The notes beneath the pieces are model-generated. The model worked only from the letters and a program-made list of their open reading frames with translations. It searched no databases and was not told the origin of the DNA. Positions 1-13,130 of a DNA stretch of 64,000 bases are shown here, in pieces. Position 1 is the stretch's first letter. The number at the start of each line of letters is the position of its first letter. Source of the DNA: Moniliella sp. 'wahieum' (lineage: Eukaryota); the NCBI GenBank assembly GCA_003971905.1, contig RSEE01000032.1:372001-436000 (forward strand), given 5' to 3'. The position numbers were made by a program, and so were the translations under genes.

Positions 1-1748
1 ACAACCGTCCAAAGTGTCCGTGGGAGGGGCTCCCTCGGTTTCCGGCTGTGTAGGCGTCCTGTGCGGGTCGTCAGACTTGGTGTCAGTGGAGACCTGCTCC
101 ACCTCATGGGATGCTTCCACCTGACGGGAACCTTCGGAGGGTCCCCCCACCTTTTCGTCGGCTGACTCAACCATGGCCGAACTTTCAGGTCTAGGTTCGG
201 CCAGCGTCAGGTCGTTGCTCCCCTCAGCCTGCAAAGTTGGAGCTAGAGAAGGTTGCTCATGACCCGGATCTGCTAAGAGAGGCACCGCCGGTGCGGGGCG
301 GGCTTGCAGCCCCTTGGCCTGAGCACGGGTATGCGCATCCAGGTCGTCCACCTCATCGACCTGGCCGGGAGGCACACCCAGGTCGCCATCTCGGATCCCA
401 GTGTTGGACGTGGGGTCCAGGCAAGGGGCGTGTCAACTCTAGCCCGCTTAGGGGGACTGCTTTCTTCTTCCTCCAAGGTGCGCTTGAGGCCCACGGGTGC
501 CGTAGGCGCCGTCTCGTCCCCGATGGGGCGGCGGGGGCGTCCTCCTCAGACGAGGTGCGGAGGAAAGGGATCGGTACCCAGAGCGGCTCCTGTGTTTTGG
601 GACGGTGCCATGGCACGGCGGACGCATTGGAGAGTGTGCGAAGGCGTTTGGGGGGGGGAGCCCAGACCCCCGGGGGGGAGGCTCATGGCACGCACAGGCG
701 GCTCAGGTTCTGGGTGCTCAATATCCAGTGCCTCCTCAACGCCCCGTTCCTCCCTTGGCACTTCCCCTTGCACCTCTTTTGCCTCGGAATCTTCCGCCTC
801 GGGGCCGGAAAGGCCCCTCTGCGCGCCGAGACGGCGAGAGTACGCTTGACGGCATACACGTACTTAGGGAGTGAGGTGTACCACCGCTGAGGTTCGAGCA
901 CCAACTCGCACAACCTCTGGATTGTAAACGGGGGCAGGGGGTCTTCCTCCCCCAAGAACTCGTCCAGCATATCGCAGAGCAGTCCATATTCTCCGCATTC
1001 ATCTGGGTTGAAGGTGCGGCCCCAAGACGCGTTGTTGCCGGGGGTGGCAGAAGCGGTGCAGGGTAGAAACGGTCCAGGTCGCCTGGGCGTACGTCCAAAC
1101 CTTGGTCCCTCGCTATCTCCAAAACAGAAGGAGGTTTTCGCACCGTTTCTTGCGGATCGAGGGTTTGTGGCTCCTCCTCGCGCGCGGGACGGAGACAGTG
1201 AAGCGATTTTGAAGGGCCAGGGCGGCGGAGGCGGCAACCTCTGGAGCAGACTGGGGAGACGGCTCCTTTTCGGGAACGGGAGGGTCGGAGGGATAGGGAG
1301 GAAAGTAGCGGCGGTATTCAGGGCGGGTGGCGAGGGCAGTGTGCAAGGGGGGAGAGGGCGGGATGGAAAGCCGCGTCCGCGGGAGAGTGCCCTCCGAGAC
1401 GGAGAGGCCACTTGGGCCGGCGGGAGGCAGCTCGGTGGCAGTGGCGGTGGTGGTGGCGGTGCCTACAGCAGCGTTGGGTGGGTAGAGAGACGGATAGTCG
1501 CTCTGCAGCGCCTCCTTCGGGGGTTGGGGAGCAGGCAGGTCGAAGAGGATGGCGTGGAGCTGGAACTTGAGCGCAGCACACAGACGAGGCCAAGGGATGG
1601 CGGTGAGGTAGTACTCTGCGCCGGGGTCTGCCTCGGCGACGTGGGATATGTGGCCCCAGAAGCGTCGTCCCACACAAAGCATTCAGGCACGGGGCGCCGG
1701 GAGCGCGGGCGACGGCGCCGCGGGCGACGCGGGCGACAAGGCAGCCAT
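1..1748 (-). CDS. Protein phosphatase 4 regulatory subunit 2 (PPP4R2/Psy4-like); frameshifted, 3' end runs off the window
   Basis: The segment PPFTIQRLCELVLEPQRWYTSLPKYVYAVKRTLAV (ORF 683..1411) is the PPP4R2 core. The upstream part lies in ORF 1113..1682, the probable ATG is at 1748, and an acidic low-complexity tail runs toward position 1. Confidence 0.75.
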
Positions 1749-2943
1749 GGCGCGGAGGAAGACGGCACGTGGTGGTGGCGACGCGGCAATCGAGACGCGA
1801 GCGGCGTTGCGTTTGTTCAGCACAGCTCCGCTGCCGCCCCCAGCACTGCCCCCGTGCCGCCCGCCCGTATCACTGTCTGAGCAACCATGCGGTGTATACG
1901 TAAGCACCGCGTCTCCGCTTGGTCTTGGCGCGTTGGCCATTCCAGGCCATTTATGCTGCTGCTGTCGGCGCACACGCGGAGCACGTTGGAGACGAGGCAG
2001 GGAAGGGCGCTCACGCGAGTCCCGACGGGCTGCACTCGAAATAGGGTACCTAGCCCCTACTGGGACTACATTGCTTCTCGGCCGGCTGCATCGGACGAAG
2101 TGGCGAAAAGGGGGAGCTATGCATACACACTCTCTGGATGAGAGAGAACGAATGCGGCCCAAGTATACTTTTAGGTGGTCGAGTAAGCCCGTGACCCTTC
2201 CCATCAACTGAATCCCGCGCAGACCCGTACGAGCATACGGGCAAGGCCAAAGCCAAACTGGGGGCCGCGAGCGAAAGCACGATTGCTAAGTGGCCAGCGA
2301 CGGAACAATCTGCCAGTGCGTTTAGAGAACGTTTGGTCACTGGCTGCGGCGACCTCCCTCTCTTCTTCGGGTCCGACGGGCTAGGAAGACACCGAACTGG
2401 TTGAACTAGCTTTGGAACGAGCGCCGGCTTTGAAAAAATAGCGCTTTCGTTGGCTCCAATGTTTTTAGTGCTACTATGACGCTAATGATGGCCATTCTTT
2501 ATAGTAGTAGTGCAGGGACCACTGCTCCGTTATTGCAACTCAGGTCGCATCGCTCTCAGCTCTCGGCGCTTCTTGTTGGACTCCTCGGTGTCTCGCCTGT
2601 TCTGGTCCTCGCTCCTTTCGCGCTTCCTCGCAGCGGCCGCCTCGAAACGCGGATCAAGTTATGGGCCATGGGCCATGCGCTCCTACAAAACACGAAAGGA
2701 GTTATAGTATAAGTTAGTAGGCATGCCAGCGGGGCGGGCTGTTAGGCGTGGAGGAGAGGTTCAATTGGACAAAAACTCTAACCTAAATCCTCCCCGCTAC
2801 CAGCACCCTGTGGCTACGATCGATGGGCAGAAACGAGTCATGGGATTGGATGAAAAGGAGGGGTTTAGTGGGGAGAACGAACGGCGAGAGGATGGAAAGC
2901 GAGAGCGTTTTAGCTTAACCCTAAGGGGAAAGCCAGTTACTAT

Positions 2944-5900
2944 TTACGCTCCAAAGATATGTTCCACCTCATCGACCCTTCCTTGGGAGTTGCCAGCGGC
3001 GGCACAAAGCCATTGTCCTCCTGGGCATCGGTATCAGCCTCGCCCAAGTCCAGCGCATCTTCCCGCTCCAGCTCCTCCAGACTGAATGGGAGCACCGGGC
3101 GCAACGGCGAGGCAGGCGGAGGTGAGTGAGAGGAGGGGGAGGACCCGATTCCTAACGTGCGCGGAGACGGACCAAACGTCAACCGGGGACTTTGGCCAGG
3201 GTTCGGCGGGCCAAGAGTGACAGCGGCACCGATGCCGGGGGGGGCCTGGGCTGGCTGGAACAGCCCCGCGTGACACCCTCCTGCGCGTATAGGAAGGCGA
3301 AGCCGGAGGCGGGTTAACCGAGTGGGAAAGGAAGCGCATCTCCTTAGGCGAAAGGTGCTCCCACTCGTTTCGATTCTCGTCCTTGAGCGGGGCCAAGGCA
3401 TGCTCCATCGCTCCCGCCACAGCGGGGTTATCCTCTGGTATGCCTGCCGGCGACCCCGGCCCGGACGCCGTGGCAGGAAGCTCAGGGGGGATCGCTGGCG
3501 AGGATGGCACCGACTGGCTGACGGAAGAGACTGATTCGGTATCGCTAAAGGGTGGGTCGTCGCCCAGGATCTCCCCAGGCGGGCCCATGCAGCCTCCGCA
3601 GCTTGAGGGTCAAACCCCACTCAGCCGGGCCATTCCGGTGCATCCCCTCCTCGGTCGAGGGCAAGCCAAATACCTCCCAAGCACATCCTCATAATTGTCC
3701 AAATAACCCTCCACCACATCGTCGGGGATATAACGCAGACTGCCGGCCGTTGGCTCTGCGTTTCTCCGCACCGGAGGCAACAGTTCCGAGCCAAAGAATG
3801 AGCCTGCGGCCGCACGATCACCGGAAGTACGCCGCGGAGGTGCACCTTCAGCTGCATAGGCCTCGGCCCCCTCTTGCCCTTCTTCAAGAGGGTTGTGCCG
3901 TTCTTCCTTCCCACCCGGAGACTTTAAGCCGTTGTAGAATCCGATCAGGGAGCGAAGCGATTGCTCCTGCGGGACCGAATTATTAATATCCGTGTCGACA
4001 TCAGCGCCAGCAAGCCACTCGTTGCGCAGATTCGGGGTGAGAGCAAGGTAAATGGCAGTGATGACCTTCATGTTGCTCTGGCGCCACTTGCGACCACAAA
4101 ATGGGACTTGGGACCGAAGGATCTTGAGAACATACCGCTGAACGGCACCATTCGACACACGCAGGCTCCGCTTAAGAATCGCGGAGGACTTGTACTGAAC
4201 GAGGAGGAGGATGCGGTGTACACGTCGCTGGTAAGCTTCTGCAGGATGCGAGTAAAGGCAATGGTAGCAAACAAGTTGCGGAAGCTATACTCCGGCTCTT
4301 GGTATATCCTCCTTCTTCTCCCTCTCCCGGAGGAGGGACATACCCCCCGGGCGGAAAGGCTGCTTGACAATGGAGTCTTCGGGCTGGAGCATGCGACCGT
4401 TCGGACCACAAAAAGTAGCGCAGTACTCGAAAAAGTTAAAGAGTGGCGCCTCGTTGATAGTGCAGACAGACTGTGCCACCTCGTGCGAAGAGAACATCTT
4501 GAGGATCAGCAAGAGACAGTTGGAATCGGTCAGGAGGAGAGACAGGTAATGGAACTTGATCGCGTGCGATGCCTTGAACCACTTGAGAAGCCACAACAAA
4601 ATCGCAGCAATGGCCTTAGCTGTGATCTCGCGGTGCCGGGCTACGTCCACATCCTCCAGAGTGGGAAGTGGTGCTTCCTCGGCTGTCATGCCCGACTGCA
4701 TCGCTCGCTCATGCGGCGAGCTGGTCTGCGGGTTGCCTTGTGCTGTGACGGTGGCGAGCAAAAGCTTGAGCAACACAATCACTGCCGAGGGCAACTGGGG
4801 TTGCATAGACCAATAGATCTGTTCCACCCGTGCCAGTCGGCGCACATCAGCTCGCACCCGGCCAAGGACATGGAGCAGTTCCACATACTTGTCCGAATCC
4901 AGAACTGCCAGTGAATGGTCTGCCTCGACACGTTTCGCCTCGGCCGAGAGCTCCTCGAGTTGGGTGAGAAGAGATAGCGTGGTTTCACGCGGCCCTGGAG
5001 ACGGACACCGCAGACATACCCAGGTTGGGGGTGCTGCCTTTCGTTTGTCTGCGTACTCTCCTGCTTCTCTTCAGTGCGCGATGCCATGTAGGCGCCATGC
5101 TCAGCCAAACGCTCGTGCATGTGCCGCGCATGCGGGCCTGACGACGACCTGGTATGAGTGAATCCAAGCTTGGTCTTCGCCGACGCCCGGCTCTTCCTGA
5201 ATCGCCTCCTCGCGCGCGCCACGTCTGCCACAACCGGTAGCAATGTGCATGTGGCGCTTGTAGAGATCCGCTGCCTCGTCCACAGCATACGGAACTGTCC
5301 TGCCAGCCTGTACCGACGCCGTAAAAGGAAAGAAAGACAAAGGGACGCCGCTGATCGGTCTGGAACTTTTGTTTGTTCTTAGGTGGTGGCGAGGGAGGCG
5401 GAGTGGGCGCTGGCGTTCCCGTGCCGAGGGGAGCGCCATTTTCAAATCCGTTTCGGTCCTCAGTGCTCTCCTCGCCGTTGTGCTAGAAGCACTGGGAACG
5501 AAGGCCGGCGGCGCGGGATGGGCAGAATCGCCGAGGCAATTTTCTCCTCGGGGATCTGATCGCGGGGACGAGGAGGGAACGTACGTCGGAAATTTGTGTG
5601 CTCGTATCCTGTTGGAAGGTTTGGATGTCAAAAGGCGTGGCCTTAGCAACACTGGCACCGGCCGAGATGGGTGGGACCTTCGAGTTCTCGTGTAAGCTTC
5701 TTGCATCGTTCCACATCGCTCAGGCCACCGAGGCAGATCAGAATTGATTTCCACAAGAGCAGGAGAAGCTGGCGGCGGGGTCAGTAATCAATCCAGGTTA
5801 ACGGAAGAAAGCACAAACCTTTTGACAGGGTAGCCTTTGCTGGCTTTTCGCGCAGGTCGGCCACCACATTGAATAGGTAAATTGGTAGCGGAGGGTCAAG

Positions 5901-7132
5901 TTTCATCAGCTCATCCCCCCAGTCATCATCGTCATCGACACGGCCAGTTTCGAGGACGATGTAGAGGGCGTCAAAGCAAAGAGAGAGCTCGAGGTTGACA
6001 TCCTCCAGGTACTCGGCCTTGATCTGGGGTGTAAGCAAGGGCTCGGGCGCCTCTGCCGCCTCCGTTTGGGTAGGGAGCAAGGTGTCGGGTAGGGAGCAGA
6101 GTAGTTATGTTTCCATCCGGCCGTCTTGGTGGCCGCAACAATCTCGCTCAGACCGCCCACCTCGCGCACAGTGCCGGCATTCTGGTGCATCCAGTACATC
6201 TGGTGCTCAGGCCCGGTTGTTTCCCCAAACACGCCTTGAAGCAGGTAGACGAGAGAGCGAAGACCCTGCATGCGGGCCTCAGTGTCTTTGATCTCAAGGG
6301 TTGAGAGCAGGGATTCAATCACCTGCCTCCGTTCGGAGAAAGGCAGCGCGCCCACGATGGGGTCTCGTGCTTGGGGGCTTGGGGAGGGGGGGTCCTCGAT
6401 GCTAAGACCGAGGGCGCGGATATGAGGTCATCGGGGTCGGAGGCGGTGGAACGGGAGGGATGAAGGCTGCGCCACTTGATCCATGCCGCCTCATTTTGGG
6501 AGACTTGGGGCATCTCGACGTAGGAGAAGAAACTCTGGAGTTCGTTGCGGAGCGAGTCGACGTCAGCGTCGAGGGGAAATCGACGCCGCGGCGGGTCGGC
6601 AGGCGGGGCATCGGGGGGGGGGGGGGCAGCGGCGGGGGGGGCGGACTCGTCGGGGAGAGAGGGGACGGGGAGGGACGGGGACGGCGGCGAGGGGGGGGGG
6701 GGGGGGGACGATGGGGGGGAGGGCGGGGTCGGGGGGGGTGGGGTAGCTCATGGCGCGGGGGGGGCGGCGGGGAGACGGTGGGGCCCGTGGACAGACGGCG
6801 GTTGGCAGCGGCGGCGGCGGCGGGAGGCAGCAGCGGGGGGGGGAGGACCAAGACGCGCTCACAGACCTCGGCTCCGGTCGCGGCGGGCTCGGGCGGGGGC
6901 GGGTGGGGCGAGATGGTGGCAAAGGCGGGGGCGGCGGGGGGGGCAGCAGCAGCAGCCGCAGCAGACAGCCGCACGACACGAGAAAGTCCGAGCGCAGCCA
7001 GCGCAGCCAGCAGGAGGCCTGGGGGCGGGTGGGCGAGAGACGGAGGCGCGGAGGAGGAGGGGGCGGATTGCCGATTGCCGCCAGGCGGCTGGCTCGGGGC
7101 GACTGCTGCTGCGGCGGCTCCAACCCATCATG
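2944..7132 (-). CDS. FAR11: STRIPAK component Far11/STRIP1-2 (N1221 + DUF3402 domains), frameshifted
   Basis: Conserved blocks LRSLVYLLQGVFGET..HQMYWM, RHREITAKAIAAILLWLLKWFKASH..KFHYL..LL.DSNCLLLILKMF and QVPFCGRKWRQSNMKVITAIYL. The C-terminus reads VDEVEHIFGA* (stop 2944-2946). The start is approximate. Confidence 0.88.
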
Positions 7133-7455
7133 CATCCTCGTCACGCGCGCCGCCCCCTGCAGCTGCCAGGGGGTGCCCGCTGCCAGGAGCTGCCCGCCGC
7201 TGCCACGGCGCCGTCTCGCCCACCCTCCGGTCTCGCGACCCTCCGGCCTCACCGGTCGGCTTTGCTTCTGCTTCGGTTGCGTGTTCCGAGTTCAGACGTT
7301 CAGTCTTCGTTCAAGTGCAGCGTCCAGCAAACGTTCAACTGTGCATGTTCACTTGATGCTTCACGCGCAAATTATAACCCACAGCCCATTTCCCATTCTT
7401 TTTCCTTTCCCTTTTCGGCTCCGTTTTTTTCGGCCGCCTGCCTATTGCCCCCGCC

Positions 7456-8586
7456 ATGTCCTTTGCCCTGGCCTCGCCGCCGACGAGCTCGACCCCACAC
7501 GCCGACCTGGTCGGGGCGAGCGCCTCCATCCCCCACCCGAGGCCACCACGGCTGCTCCCCCGCCCACGCCTCCCGCGGCTGCACCCGCTTCCCCTCGCCC
7601 CTTGCTCGCCGCGCTGCCCCCCCGCATCTCCTTCTCCCGCGTCCCTGTCCCCCGCAGCCCGAGGTCGCCCTCTACCGGCGCGACCTCTTTGATGCCCGTT
7701 CCAGCTGCTCCTCGACCAGGAGGAACAGGATGGGCAGCAAGGAGAACAGACAACCGGGCTCGCCCCCTCGCTCCGCCCAGTCCGACCTCATCCCCGGACA
7801 GTACGAGGGCGGCCTCAAGACGTGGGAATGTGCCCTGGACCTGGTCGCAGTCCTACAGGCTCAGCACATCCGCGGCTCGCGCATTGTTGAGCTTGGTTGC
7901 GGCTCGGCCCTTCCCTCGGCCTACCTACTCTCTCACATACTGGATGGCACTCGGCCACGCCTACCGAGCTCCACCTCTTGGACTACAACCAGGAAGTCAT
8001 TGAGCTTGTACGTACTCTCACCTCCTGCCACCCCCGCCCCTTGTTGACCCGATATTCCCTTGGCCATTCGGACCACAGGTTACCTTACCCAACATGATTC
8101 TCGCCTGTACTTTTCCCGGCTGCAGCGGTCCACCGAGAGCGCTTCCCCTTCGGTCTTCCCCCGCGTGGGCAAGGCATCCATCCCTAACCCTTCGGCAGCC
8201 AAATCAAGCGATAGGGTGAATTGGACCTGTCCCCAGCACTCCTGGAAGCATTCGAGGCCGACTTGCGCACCCACAACGCCAGTCTGCACTTTTACGCAGG
8301 CGACTGGGCCGCGTTCCCCCCACTGGAGGCCGATTTGGTCTTGAGCAGCGAGACGATCTATGCCCCCTCAGCACAGGACTCTCTCTTATCGTGCCTTGCC
8401 CGACTGGGGCACGGAACGGTGCTGATCGCAGCCAAGGTCATTTACTTTGGTGTGGGAGGAAGTGTGGCTGCGTTCCAAAACCAAGTCATGCAGGGGGGGG
8501 TGGACCAAGCCGCTACTTACCACCCAAGATGGGGGGGACGTGTTGTATTGTCGGTCGGGTGGTCTAAACAGCAGTGGTGGAAGTAA
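7456..8586 (+). CDS. HPM1: Histidine protein methyltransferase Hpm1/METTL18-like
   Basis: LYRRDLFDAR, SDLIPGQYEGGLKTWECALDL, SAM motif IVELGCGSALP, LVLSSETIY and VLIAAKVIYFGVGG. Intron at about 8008-8078 (GTACGT..CAG) joins DYNQEVIEL|VTLPNM. Frameshifted. Confidence 0.85.
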
Positions 8587-8761
8587 TACATGTGAGAGGC
8601 TTTGCAATATGCCCACTCAACGTGCGCCTGCTCAACGTGCTCAACCTTGACGTTGAGGTTACACAAAAAAATACCGAACGAGAAGTCAGGTTAATCAACA
8701 GGCGAAAGGCGAAAGAGCAAGCCCACCCAAAAAAACATTTGAAGCCTGAAATGCTCTCTTC

Positions 8762-8919
8762 ATCCATACATTGACAGTGCTTAAGGCTGGGACAGGGAAA
8801 CGCTATCCCTGAACCGACCCGTTCATCTTGCGTGTGTTGCGTAGTAGCGCCATTCCCGTTAAGAAACCAGAGGCACCAGGAGATCAAGACCTCTTGCTCT
8901 CCACAAATTTTGTTCCCCA
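8762..8919 (-). mobile_element. 5'-truncated 3'-end copy (copy 1) of a CRE/RLE-like non-LTR retrotransposon
   Basis: The reverse complement aligns to 40480-40640 (..CAAGATGAACGG..GCGTT(T/C)CCCTGTCCCAGCCTTAAGC.CTGTCAATG..ATGG). Flanked by CTCTCTTC at 8754-8761 and 8920-8927, a candidate TSD. Confidence 0.75.
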
Positions 8920-8935
8920 CTCTCTTCGCTCCAAA

Positions 8936-9029
8936 GGCAATGTGCCGAGCGGTTAAGGGGATTGATTCGAATTCTTGTCGAGACATCAATTAGGCTTTGC
9001 CTGCACAGGTTCGAGTCCTGTCATTGTCG
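8936..9029 (+). tRNA. tRNA-Ser(CGA) with a ~13-nt canonical intron
   Basis: Acceptor stem GGCAATG/CATTGTC + discriminator G; D-arm CCGAGCGGTTAAGG; anticodon stem ATTGA/TCAAT with TT-CGA-A; intron 8972-8984; long variable arm TAGGCTTTGCCTG; T-arm ACAGG-TTCGAGT-CCTGT; T-run terminator just downstream. Confidence 0.92.
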
Positions 9030-9585
9030 ATTAATTTTTGCCAAGTTCGTTTCTCATTGCGAATGCACGTTTTCTGTAAACCGCTTCTGACACTTCGAAT
9101 AGCTCAGGGCAGAATTCGAGTATGTCATCGCAGCCCTTGCTAGCATCTCGATTCTACTTTCTGGTGGGGTGTTTCGCTGTTAGTGTTCGGAACAGTATCA
9201 TGAAGAACATGCTTTTGTGGGCTTCAATTTTGTTGGTGAATCCAAGGGGGGGCAGGTACAAAGGAGGAGACCTGTTGATGTATTAGCATAGTTCCCATCA
9301 TGCTCTCCGCACCTATGGTTTGGGGGGTCCCATCGACCCACAAGCGGTGGAAGCGTCCATTATCGCGGTCGGCGGCGGTTCTCTTATATTGCGCTTGGCG
9401 GGCGGGCAAACGTTAGCAGCGGGGGTAAATCCATGCGACGCGTCACGTGCAAGCGGCGGTGGAAGAGAGCGCGGAATGAGTGGATTATTCCGAGGGGGAA
9501 GAAACCCAGCTGGGACTTCGGCCTTGGGCTTGATGGGGCTGGGTCGGGTGTGGACGACAACGTTGCCATAACCACACAAGCTGCC

Positions 9586-10680
9586 ATGCGTGCCCGTTGC
9601 GCTGGGATGGGAAGCACGGCGGGCCACTCCTTGGCCGTGCGACCGCACCATTAGCTCGTCTCTGGCTTCGTCTGCTGCTGGGCTGGGTTCCGTGCGCCAC
9701 AGTCACATTGGCCGTGCCAATCCACGTCCCTGTTGGCGTCACGTTCAAGATTATCGACTTGCCTCCACCGCTCTTGCCCCCCGGGGGATTTTGGAGACAG
9801 AGGCGTTATGGCGCCCAAGTCCGTCCCCCCGTTGCTCTGGCACTGAAGGCGTATGAGGTGGCAGCTGTATCGCGCAGGGATCTACCTGATCTACTGAGCC
9901 TCCCACCTGACATGCGTAGTGCACGCAGCATTGTTGTCTCGGGTCCTGTGGGCGAGTGCGTGGTACCATTGTACGAGTGTGTGGGGCTTAACATTACGCC
10001 TCCGATTGCTGCCAAATCTGCGGACGAGGAGAACCAGAGCGGCGTGTGCTCACTAAGGTGACGAAGGTGGAGAAGCGCAAAAACCATGCCCTGTGGGGGT
10101 TGACCCGGCAACTGATCCAGAATGCGATTACGGGTGTTTCCGAATCGCATTCGGCTGTGATCAACCTAGTCGGGGTCGGGTACCGTGCTATGATCGAGCC
10201 AGACCCGTTTGCCGCGCAGAACTACCAGGAGCGCCTGGCCAACTACAAGCTGGAGAACGAGGGGATCCCCCCCGCCATCGCGCTCTGGCGCGTAAGAATG
10301 CCAATGTGCTTCACATTTCCTACCACAACCGCAAGGCGATCATGAGCAACCGTCAACGCAATGGAACCCGTATCAATCTTCGTCTTGGCTTTTCCCATCC
10401 TGTGTTGATTCCGGTTCCCAAGGGCATTGTCGCCTCGATGCCTTCCCAGACGCGTATCATCCTCAAGAGTACCACCAAGGACCTACTTGGCGAGTTTGCT
10501 GCAACCATCAGACGGTGGCGCCCACCTGAGCCCTACAAGGTACGTCCGTGCCTTCCCCTTCAGTTGCGACTTGTACTTTCTGTTTACCTCCCGACAACTG
10601 ACACGACATGTCTGTCCAGGGAAAAGGTGTCTTTTGTCAACAACGAAACCATCCGGCTCAAGGCAACCAAGAAAAAGTAA
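9586..10680 (+). CDS. MRPL6: Mitochondrial ribosomal protein uL6m (MRPL6), frameshifted
   Basis: SHIGR, VVSGPVG, ALWGLTRQLIQNAITGVSE..LVGVGYRA, LRLGFSHPV, LLGEFAATIRRWRPPEPYK|GKG. Intron at about 10540-10619. Confidence 0.88.
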
Positions 10681-10966
10681 AGGGGTCGTTTTGTATTTTG
10701 GCAATCGTGCATCCGTACCTCGCATTTCCCGCTTAATAGCATTTTCATACTAAGGTTCAAAGTGCCGCAAGCCTTTTCGTATGGCCCAATTGCCTTACTC
10801 GATACCGTCATCCTCCCGTGCGGTAACATGTAGAAAGGTACAGGGTATCGGCACTACACCTGACCACTCGGCAGCTGCTGTGTGAAGCATGTGAAGGCAG
10901 ATACGCACACAATGGCTTGCACTTTTTTACTTTGCTCTGCATCGTTACATGTTACACCACATTGAA

Positions 10967-11048
10967 TCCATATCATTGACAAAGCTTAAGGCTGGGACAG
11001 GGGGAACGCTACGTCTAAACCGAACCGTTCATCTTGCGGGGTTACTTA
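10967..11048 (-). mobile_element. ~80-bp 3'-terminal copy (copy 2) of the same CRE/RLE-like retrotransposon
   Basis: The reverse complement TAAGTAACCCCGCAAGATGAACGGTTCGGTTTAGACGTAGCGTTCCCCCTGTCCCAGCCTTAAGCTTTGTCAATGATATGGA differs from 40555-40636 at only about 4 positions. Confidence 0.85.
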
Positions 11049-11370
11049 TTGTAAAGTGCACTACGCCTAGCTTTAATTGAACGGGGCACTGCCCGCTACA
11101 TTCTATTTGAACGGATGCACCACTCGGCGAATCGTCTAATCAACACGAGATCTTTGAATGGGCATCGTTGCGTTAGCGCGTTAGCATCCGCCGTGTCGTG
11201 GCGTTAGAGAAAAGCGTTGTTTTGTTGGACGCAAGAGATATCGGCGCTCACGCGGAGCGAAGGACGAAATGCACCAAAGGCCGGGGGGGGCGGCACGCGT
11301 CAGGTAAGAGAGCGTCGCCAGTATTTAGAGGATGGCGGGACGTTTGACAGAGTGCATCGCCACAGTTCCA

Positions 11371-13130
11371 TCAAAGCTTGTGGTCCTTTGGCATGGACGC
11401 AACGCTTGCCGGACGCCTAGGTCAGCCAAAATCTCTTCGACCCACCCAGGACAGCATCATGCTTGATGGTGCTGAATGCCTCGGCGATAAAGCGGCCCAA
11501 GCCAGACTTGGTGACACCACGGCCCAAATAGGTTGACAGCCGTCTCGGCAACACGGAGCGAGACACGGGTCGACCAGGACTTGAGCAGCGCCACTTGGCC
11601 GGCAAGCCGCTGCGACTGCTGATCGTAGCTCATCTTGGTCATCTGGTACGTCACATTTTCCAGCCAGTTCTGTGCCGCATTCTGAAAGGCAGCCAGCCAG
11701 CTTGTACCGTACCACAGCTTGCGACGTCAACGGCCGGCCAAAAGCCTTGCGCTGCGAAGTCCAGAGAAGCATCTGCTCGCACAAGGCGCGAGCCGAGCGG
11801 ACGGTAACGCAGATCATGACCCAACTAAACAGCAAATCACGTACGTCAGCCAACTTTCTCAAACACAGTATGAAGCAGGGACGCGAATGGGGGAAAGAGG
11901 GAGGTAATGTGGCGACATACCGTTCGTGGTTGAAGTTGGAAAGGACTACAGGAACGCCAATCCCGTCCTCGCCGACGACCTACTGGGGTGGCACATGGAC
12001 ATCATTAAAGATGATGTATGCCGTCCCAGCCGAGGAGGAGTAAAGGGTCTTGATGGTCTTGGTCTCCACTTTGTCCGAGCGGGGGATGCAATCACACTGT
12101 ACCCGCATCCTCTCCATCCTCGTAAGCTTGACAAATGTGGTAAAGTAGTCTGCGAATGTACCGTTGGTGATCCACTAGACACGGATGCTGGTCAGCTCCA
12201 GGGTCGCTCACCTGCTCACAAGAGAGAAGAAAGATTGCTTACCTTTTTGGTACCCCGAACAATATACGAACCATCCGGCTGCTCGTAGCCGTGGTACGGA
12301 TTCCCATCACGTCGGATCCGGCGAAAGCCTCGGTCACTGCCAGACAGATAAATTTCGCCTGCAATCACAGGTTCCACCACTTCCTTTTTGAGCCAATCGG
12401 AGCCAAAGTTGATCAAGGGGGGAAGGCCATGACCATACCGCTTCCCAAACCATCGGCAAGCCACGCGTACCTGCAAATAAACGTTAGCCAGACATTCACC
12501 GCGTGTGGACCACAGTGGAGCTTACCCATTCGGAAGAACTCCTGGGTGATACCAATTCATGGAAATAGTCCATTTCCTCGGGCTTAATCCCAGCGAAGAG
12601 CTTGCGGCCTAGCAAGTGTTTTCCCGGACCAAGACGCATCGCATTGATTCCGAGTTCGCCATCTCGCGCATGAGTTCGGGCGGGGGCCGCTGCCGAGAGG
12701 GTCCGCTCCAGTGCGACGTCAACCAGGCGTTCCGTGACATAGCGCCTGAACTCGCGTTGGAGATGACGATGCGATTCGTTGAAGTAAGGCGAATAGAAGT
12801 CTTGCGCAAGCCAGCTGGGCTCCCCATACGGCACCTGAGACGGCTTTTCGCTCCAACGCTTGATCTCGGGTACTTCATCCTGGATGATGGCCACCTTGAT
12901 ACGCATGGCGGAGGGCTTGAAAAGCACATCCTGCCGGTGCAGACTGTAGAAGAGATCGGTACAGTCCTGGCCGGCCACTTCGTCAAAAACGACAGCTCCG
13001 CCAGGGTGGAAGTCGGCAAACTTGGTCACATCGTACACCTCGCTGTCGATGATGATCCAGCAGTCTTGTCAGGCTTGTTGTGCTTAGCCACCTCCTCGCG
13101 AGTAACCTGCTTGAGCTCCTTGGATGCCAT
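11371..13130 (-). CDS. Acyl-CoA dehydrogenase with N-terminal cytochrome b5-like domain
   Basis: b5 motif VTREEVAKHNK..YDVTKFADFHPGG; VPYGEPSWL...SPYFNESH; ACAD motifs YIVRGTKK, QRKAFGRPLTSQAVVRYKLA and DAVLGGSEEILADLGVRQA. Several introns and frameshifts. Confidence 0.88.

Noticed and set aside
2380..2820. Possible Pol III RNA (T-run at ~2433-2438 on the minus strand; GGGGCGG..CCCCGC pairing at 2731-2796)
   Set aside because: I could not build a cloverleaf or match any snRNA consensus.
1..7132. Functional phosphatase cluster (PPP4R2 next to FAR11)
   Set aside because: They belong to different complexes (PP4 versus STRIPAK/PP2A); adjacency alone is not evidence.
6402..8047. Long Gly/Pro/Arg-rich overlapping ORFs (also around 31500-33400 and 36600-38400)
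   Set aside because: Shadow ORFs expected in very high-GC, stop-poor sequence overlapping the 5' ends of FAR11, HPM1, the RasGAP and DMA1.
10967..11048. Shared ~80-bp motif as an ncRNA or ribozyme (hammerhead, snoRNA)
   Set aside because: No CUGAUGA/GAAA core or C/D boxes. It is explained as the 3' UTR of the retroelement.
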